64,000 nt of DNA, from the NCBI GenBank assembly GCA_000004695.1, contig CM000151.3, positions 4,576,001-4,640,000 of the forward strand. The letters run 5' to 3'. Of the stretch, positions 58,767-64,000 are shown piece after piece (within the stretch, counting starts at the first letter, position 1; each line of letters opens with the position of its first letter). The translations under genes and the position numbers were made by a program. Under the pieces are notes generated by a model that was given only the letters and a program-made list of their open reading frames with translations, was not told where the DNA came from and did no database searches. The stretch comes from Dictyostelium discoideum. Taxonomy: Eukaryota.

Positions 58767-59411
58767 GTCTTGAAAATTTGATGAGGTTATTATAGTTTTT
58801 TCAAAGGTTTCAAGGGTTTTATCTTTAGATGTTGTTCTAAGTATTGTTTCAATACTCTTACTGAATTTTTTATTTCCCATTAGACGAAAATTTCTGAATT
58901 TTGAATAAACCGATGTATCGATATAGTTGAGCTCTGGTGTAAAGATGGATCTTTCAATAACAAATTGTTTTACCCATTCTCCAAGATGTTAATTGTCTTT
59001 CCAATGGAAGGTTTTAAATGGCCAATGTAAATGTAAAGAATATTTATCGTATTGATAGGAGAAGAGCAATAATGGTCCAATGCTATCGATTTCATCAGAG
59101 ACCTGTGGATGTGTTTTCTTTAGATGGGTTTTCACTTCGTCGATTATAATTCTATCGATAAGATTGTTTTTATAAAGTTGTTTGTTTCTTTTATTTTCTT
59201 CTGCTTTCTCGGGTGGTAACTTAAAATCAATATCTAAATACAAATTACAATTTTCAAATTGTGGAATCAATTCATAATAATGACGAAGATTCAATGGCGT
59301 ATTCATTATACATTTGAAGAGTTTTTCAATACTTGGAGATACTAAAAAAGTACGTTGACCTGTATCTCCAAATTCATATAAAAATATTTCAATAGAGCTG
59401 GCACTATTCAT
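58767..59411 (-). pseudogene. PrimPol-like AEP-family primase-polymerase with an in-frame TAA. The downstream UL52-type zinc-finger part is absent.
   Basis: QRTFLVSPSIEKLFKCIMNTPLNLRHYYELIPQFENCNLYLDIDFKLPP (human PrimPol: RIYLVTTYAEFWFYY...LHCYEVIPENAVCKLYFDLEFNKP; AEP motif I). YSLHLHWPFKTFHWKDN (motif II sxH; human FSRHLIFQLHDVAFKDN). A TAA stop follows at about 58989. The same frame then continues HLGEWVKQFVIERSIFTPELNYIDTSVYSKFRNFRLMGNKKFSK (motif III; human FVDLGVYTRNRNFRLYKSSKIGK). Confidence 0.6.
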
Positions 59412-59538
59412 ATAATTAAATGATATTGTTTACTTTGATACATCGGTTTTGTATGGAGTTGTATTTTTACAAACTGCTAATGATTTGAAAATCATAAACA
59501 ATCAAACCTATTCGAATTGACTAACGTTTTACTATCAA

Positions 59539-59676
59539 ATGATTTCAAATATTAATTTCGAAAATGCTGAAGTAACCATATTAAAAGTCATACCACCCAT
59601 AGATAAGTGTATGGAACAAATTAACCAAAGAGGTAGAGCCTTTGAAGTCAGTAGTTTATCCATGTTTCCAAATTAA
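59539..59676 (+). pseudogene. Possible deoxynucleoside-kinase (dCK/dGK family) C-terminal fragment.
   Basis: MISNINFENAEVTILKVIPPIDKCMEQINQRGRAFEVSSLSMFPN* compared with the dNK segment IYL.A.PE.CL.RI..RGR.EE..I.L.YL. Short and weak. No upstream P-loop. Confidence 0.3.
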
Positions 59677-60012
59677 CCGATAAAATTCGATCTCATTGTG
59701 TTAGTCAAGTTTTATCAAGACTTGAAAAACCAAAAAAATGCTGTATCGATACAAAAGCAATGATGACCTGTTCAATGACATTTTCTTTAATGAAAATCCA
59801 AACTCAATTCCCACACCATCCAATATTCCAACTCAATCTCTTCAAAGTTCACACTTAAATCTCAGTTTTTATTACCCATCGAATCAAGAGCAATATTTTA
59901 ATATTCAAGATAAATTGAATTAATAAAACTAAATTCTAAATAATACTATAAAAAAAAAAAAAAAAAAAAAAAAATAAAAATATATTTAAATTAAATAAAA
60001 AAAGAAAAAAAA

Positions 60013-60120
60013 ATGTCTACATTTGCCGATCTTCGTTCTGTTTACGGTGCCTTACTAGGTGGTATGGGTAGTATTGGTGCTTACTTTATTTATTCCAAAC
60101 CAATAGATGGGTTTCATTAA
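60013..60120 (+). CDS. Small ORF (35 aa) with a glycine-zipper TM-like segment. Uncertain.
   Basis: ATG...MSTFADLRSVYGALLGGMGSIGAYFIYSKPIDGFH*. Locally higher GC than the surroundings. No homology recognised. Confidence 0.2.
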   Translation: MSTFADLRSVYGALLGGMGSIGAYFIYSKPIDGFH

Positions 60121-60185
60121 AAGAATATTTTAGAAAAGATTAAGGTTTTTATTTTAGAATTAATTGATATAAATTATTATTATTA

Positions 60186-60742
60186 TTAATATTTTTATTA
60201 TTATTAATGGTGATATGATGATTTAAATTATTTTTAATGATTATAAGTATTGAACAATCGAATGCAATTCTTTTATTTCTATTGTCAATTGTGTCATTAT
60301 TGTTATTATCTGTAATTGAATGAGTGTATATAGTTTCATCATTAGAATTATTGGTTATGAATGTATTTTTTAAATTTTGAATATGATTATTTAGTGTTTG
60401 AAATTGTTGATCATTTAATCCTTTTAAATCATTTAAATGGGTTTCTTCCTCTTCTTCTTGTCTATATAAATATGTTTTTATAAATTGGTATAATAATTAT
60501 AAAAATAATAATAAAAATATAAAATAATTAAAGTGCGTTGATGCATACAATTTGTTTTCTTTTTTTTTTTGAAGGTTTTGATAATTGTTTTTATAATTAT
60601 TGATACTATTACAATAATCTTGTACTTGGTTGAATGTAATATTTAAATTATTAATTGATAATATTAATAAACAATTTAAAAGCTCTTCATTATTTTTATT
60701 ATTATAATTATTAATTAAATAAAAGTAAATTATACTATCCAT
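60186..60742 (-). pseudogene. Truncated FNIP-repeat gene copy (exon 1 plus about 290 nt of exon 2).
   Basis: Exon 1 MDSIIYFYLINNYNNKNNEELLNCLLILSINNLNITFNQVQDYCNSINNYKNNYQNLQKKKENKL. Intron GTATGC...tatag. Exon 2 RQEEEEETHLNDLKGLNDQQFQTLNNHIQNLKNTFITNNSNDETIY... Similarity to copies 1 and 3 ends abruptly at about 60186. Confidence 0.6.
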
Positions 60743-61235
60743 TTGATAGCCAAATTAATTTTATCAAATAAAAAAGAAAAAAAAATGGTACTTTTTTTTT
60801 AATTTTGGTATTTAACTTTATTTTTTTATTATCAACATTAAATACTTTTTCTTAAAATAATTAATTATCAAAAAAAATGCGCCCATTCCCTTTTTTTAAA
60901 TTTTTTTTATTAACCTAGATATTTTTATTTTGATAAATTTTATGATAAAAAAAAAAACAAAAAAAAAAAAAAATCTAAAAAAATCACTGGTTGGTAAAAG
61001 CTTTTTTTTTAAAAAAAAATAGTTTTTCGTGATTTTGGCAAAATTTCATTTTTATATGAACATGTAAAAGATCGGCCAACATTAAAAAAAAAAAATATAT
61101 TTTTTTTTTTTTTTTAAATCAGACTGTTTTTTAGAGAGTTTTATTTAAAAACCACAATATACCACTTGGGATCACAAAAAATAAAAAAAAAATAAAAAAA
61201 ATTAAAACATTTGCATTAAAAAATTTATTTAAAAA

Positions 61236-63295
61236 TTAATAATTTAATTTCCCACGTTTTAATAGTTTTGTATGTTTGATAAAGAAATCTGTGGGAATAG
61301 AGTTTATAAAATTTAAACTATCATTGTAGATATAAACAAATTCGAATGAAGGTGGCCATATTAAATCTGGTAATTCATCACAATTATAACCTGTAAAATA
61401 AAATGATTTCAAATTAGGTGGTAAGGCATCTCTATCGATAGTTGAATCGAAAAAATCAGAAATTCGTAATAAAGTGAGTGATGATGGTAATACATCTTTT
61501 TGAATTGGTTGTTTGTAACTTGGTAATTTTAATACCCCTATAGATGATGGTAGATCTCCAACATTTAAGGGTTGATTAAAACCATAGATTTTTAATTTTT
61601 TAAGATTATTTGGTAAGAGACTATCGTTTAATTCGAATTCATCTGAAACTGTTAAAACTAGTTTTGAAATAGTAGGCGGGAATTTTACATCTGTTAAATC
61701 TATTTGACTTACATTGAGTTTCAACGAAGTTAAATTTTTGAAAAAATATAAAGAGTGTAAATGTGGGTGGGAACGAGTAGTGAAATCCATTATTTTTAGT
61801 GTTTGAATTGTTTTGGGCAATAGAAACACTTCAAGGCATTCATGTATTGATAAATTTGTAATTGTTGGTGGTAATTGAGCTGAATAGTCTTTGTTTCTAC
61901 CAAGATGTAAAGTTTTAATTGAGATTGGTAATGAATCTGGTTCAAGTTTATGATTGCCCGAACCGAATTTCAATGATGTAACATTGTTTGAAATCACTCC
62001 TTTTTCAATGGTCTGATTGAAAAAATAATCAAACTCTAAAGATGTTGTGCCACCTGGTACCGATGTTGAGTCAAATTTACATGTACCATCTTTAGAATCA
62101 AAATAACAATGAAGAGTTGTTACTGACTTTGGTATTGATCCATATAGAATTACTCCTTGATATTTTGGATCCAATAATAATGATGTAAGTGATGGTGGTA
62201 TTTCGTCTCTATGAATTGAATGTTGAAATAGTTTTCCAAAAGTTAAAGATTTTAATGTTCTTGGTAACCATGGTATACCATTTGTATCACTTAAAGATTG
62301 ATTAAATTCATTACCAAAATCAATAGATGTTAGACTATTACCAATGATATTACGGGTTAATTGTTGATCAAAATCTATAAATGTAATGGATTTACATGTA
62401 TCTGGTATCCAGTGTTCTCCAAGTATAATATCTGAACATCTCATCTCTATATTTTCAACAATTTGTGGCATTGGATAACAATTTGAGTTACGTTGGTTTT
62501 TATAGCCATCAGAATCCAATAACTTGACATTATTAAAATAATTTCTATATTTATATGTTGAAATGTTATTTCTCCTTATATCAAAGCTATGATTATGATT
62601 ATTATATATTCTAAGATGAAATAAAATTTGATCCCTAATAATCATATTTCCCCAAAACTTTTTAAATAATATATAATTATTATCAATTGTTTGATTTATT
62701 TGTTGATTTGTTTTAATTTTATTATTAATATCAGATTGTGATTTTAAAATTAATTGATTTATATTATTATTATTAGTGAGATGATTTAAATTATTTTTAA
62801 TGATTATAAGTATTGAACAATCGAATGAAATTCTTTTATTTCTATTGTTAATTGTGTCATTATTATTATTATCTGTAATTGAATGAGTATATATAATTTC
62901 ATTATTAGAATTATTGGTTGTTAATATATTTTTTAAATTTTGAATTTGATTATTTAGTGTTTGAAATTGTTTGTCATTTAATCCTTTTAAATCATTTAAA
63001 TGCTTTTTTTCCTCTTCTTGTCTAAAAATGTTTATAAATTAGTATAATAATATAATAATAAAATATAAAATATAAAATAATCAAAGTGTGTTAATGCATA
63101 CAATTTTTTTATTTTTTTTATTTGAAGGTTTTGATTATTGTTTTTGTAATTATTGATACTATTACAATAATCTTGAAGTTCATTGAATGTAATATTTAAA
63201 TTATTAATTGATAATATTAATAAACAATTTAAAAACTCTTCATTATTTCTATTGTTATAATTATTAATTAAATAAGAGTAAATTATATTATCCAT
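61236..63295 (-). CDS. FNIP-repeat protein, copy 3. Exons 63295..63102, 63021..61236.
   Basis: Exon 1 MDNIIYSYLINNYNNRNNEEFLNCLLILSINNLNITFNELQDYCNSINNYKNNNQNLQIKKIKKL, then a GTATGC donor and ttttag acceptor. Exon 2 is open from 63021 to the stop at 61236 (RQEEEKKHLNDLKGLNDKQFQTLNNQIQNLKNILTTNNSNNEIIY...FNQSLSDTNGIPWLPRTLKSLTFGKLFQHSIHRDEIPPSLTSL...). Confidence 0.75.
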
Positions 63296-63515
63296 TTGAT
63301 ATTCATAAAAAAAAAATAATAAATAATAAAATGGAATTAAAAAAGTAAGATTGACTTGTACAGAAATAGTTTTTCCTAAGGGATAACCAAAAAAAGGCAC
63401 TTTTTTTTGGCCCTCAAGGTGAAAAATAAAATTGGAACTTCCTGTGGGTAATTGAGTTAATTATGAAAAACTTAGTGATTTAGAATAAACCAAATTATTA
63501 AAAAATTTTCATTCC

Positions 63516-63555
<40 letters not shown>

Positions 63556-63676
63556 ATGAATGCATGGCTTAAACTTTTAAATAATATTAAACAATATTTG
63601 CTAAAATCTATTGTAAAATTAAATTTAAAATGTAATTATTAGTATTTAAAAAAAAATAAAAAAAAAAAATGAACTT

Positions 63677-63712
<36 letters not shown>

Positions 63713-64000
63713 AACCCCGAAAAAAAAAAAAAAATAAACTCAAAAAAAAAATAAACTCAAAAAAAAAATCACAAATAAAAAACAAACCCTTTTTCTATTT
63801 GAGCCCTGGTATTTCTGATTTTTTTTTTTTTTGGAAATTATTCTTTTTATTCTATTTATTTTTTTTTTAAATTTTTTTAATAACCTTGTTTATTCCCCAA
63901 TAACTTAATCTTTTTCAAAAACTTTTTTTTTTTTACAATAACTCAATTTTTCAAGGAATGGTTCACCAGCAAACTTTTTTTTCACTTTGTTTTATTAAAA

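Noticed and set aside
58767-59411. PrimPol-like ORF considered as part of a DNA transposon or viral insertion.
   Set aside because: There are no flanking inverted or direct repeats, integrase, or polymerase B. The sequence aligns collinearly with cellular PrimPol. The neighbours are fragments of ordinary cellular genes (ClC, dNK, FNIP). It is better explained as a decayed cellular paralogue.

Overview
This window is AT-rich (about 75-80% A+T) nuclear DNA with very long poly(A)/poly(T) tracts, short GT-AG introns (about 70-130 nt) and poly-Q/N/S/T coding microsatellites. The composition fits Dictyostelium discoideum or another social amoeba. I found no rRNA, tRNA, CRISPR or bacterial features.

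I can support about 22 protein-coding genes, most with hand-traced introns. On the minus strand, from the left:
- a PSMG2-like proteasome assembly chaperone
- a divergent Arf-like GTPase
- a small coiled-coil protein
- an EF-hand protein
- a class I O-methyltransferase
- a multi-exon gene encoding two Ran-like GTPase domains joined by an FG-repeat linker
- ribosomal protein L8 (uL2)
- twinfilin
- a 1,300-aa low-complexity coiled-coil protein
- a tandem pair of 4.9-kb paralogous type I membrane glycoprotein genes
- a PP2C-like low-complexity protein
- a family A (Pol theta/nu-like) DNA polymerase
- two full FNIP-repeat genes plus a truncated copy

On the plus strand:
- a Psi-family PA14 / Cys-repeat membrane protein
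- a BolA3-like gene
- a coilin homologue
- a CBS-pair protein
- a triple-SH3 protein

There are also several decayed genes. These are a polyketide synthase (PKS) remnant whose ketosynthase (KS) N-terminus is fused to the ketoreductase (KR) C-terminus and acyl-carrier (ACP) domain, a second isolated KR fragment, a PrimPol-like primase (archaeo-eukaryotic primase family, AEP) gene with an in-frame stop, ClC-channel and deoxynucleoside-kinase fragments, and a relic of the membrane-glycoprotein C-terminal exon.

The most unusual item is the Ran-FG-Ran fusion gene with altered catalytic motifs in both GTPase domains. The ORF track uses alternative start codons, so several of its 'M' residues are not ATG; I re-derived starts and splice sites by hand. 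All coordinates are approximate to within a few nucleotides.
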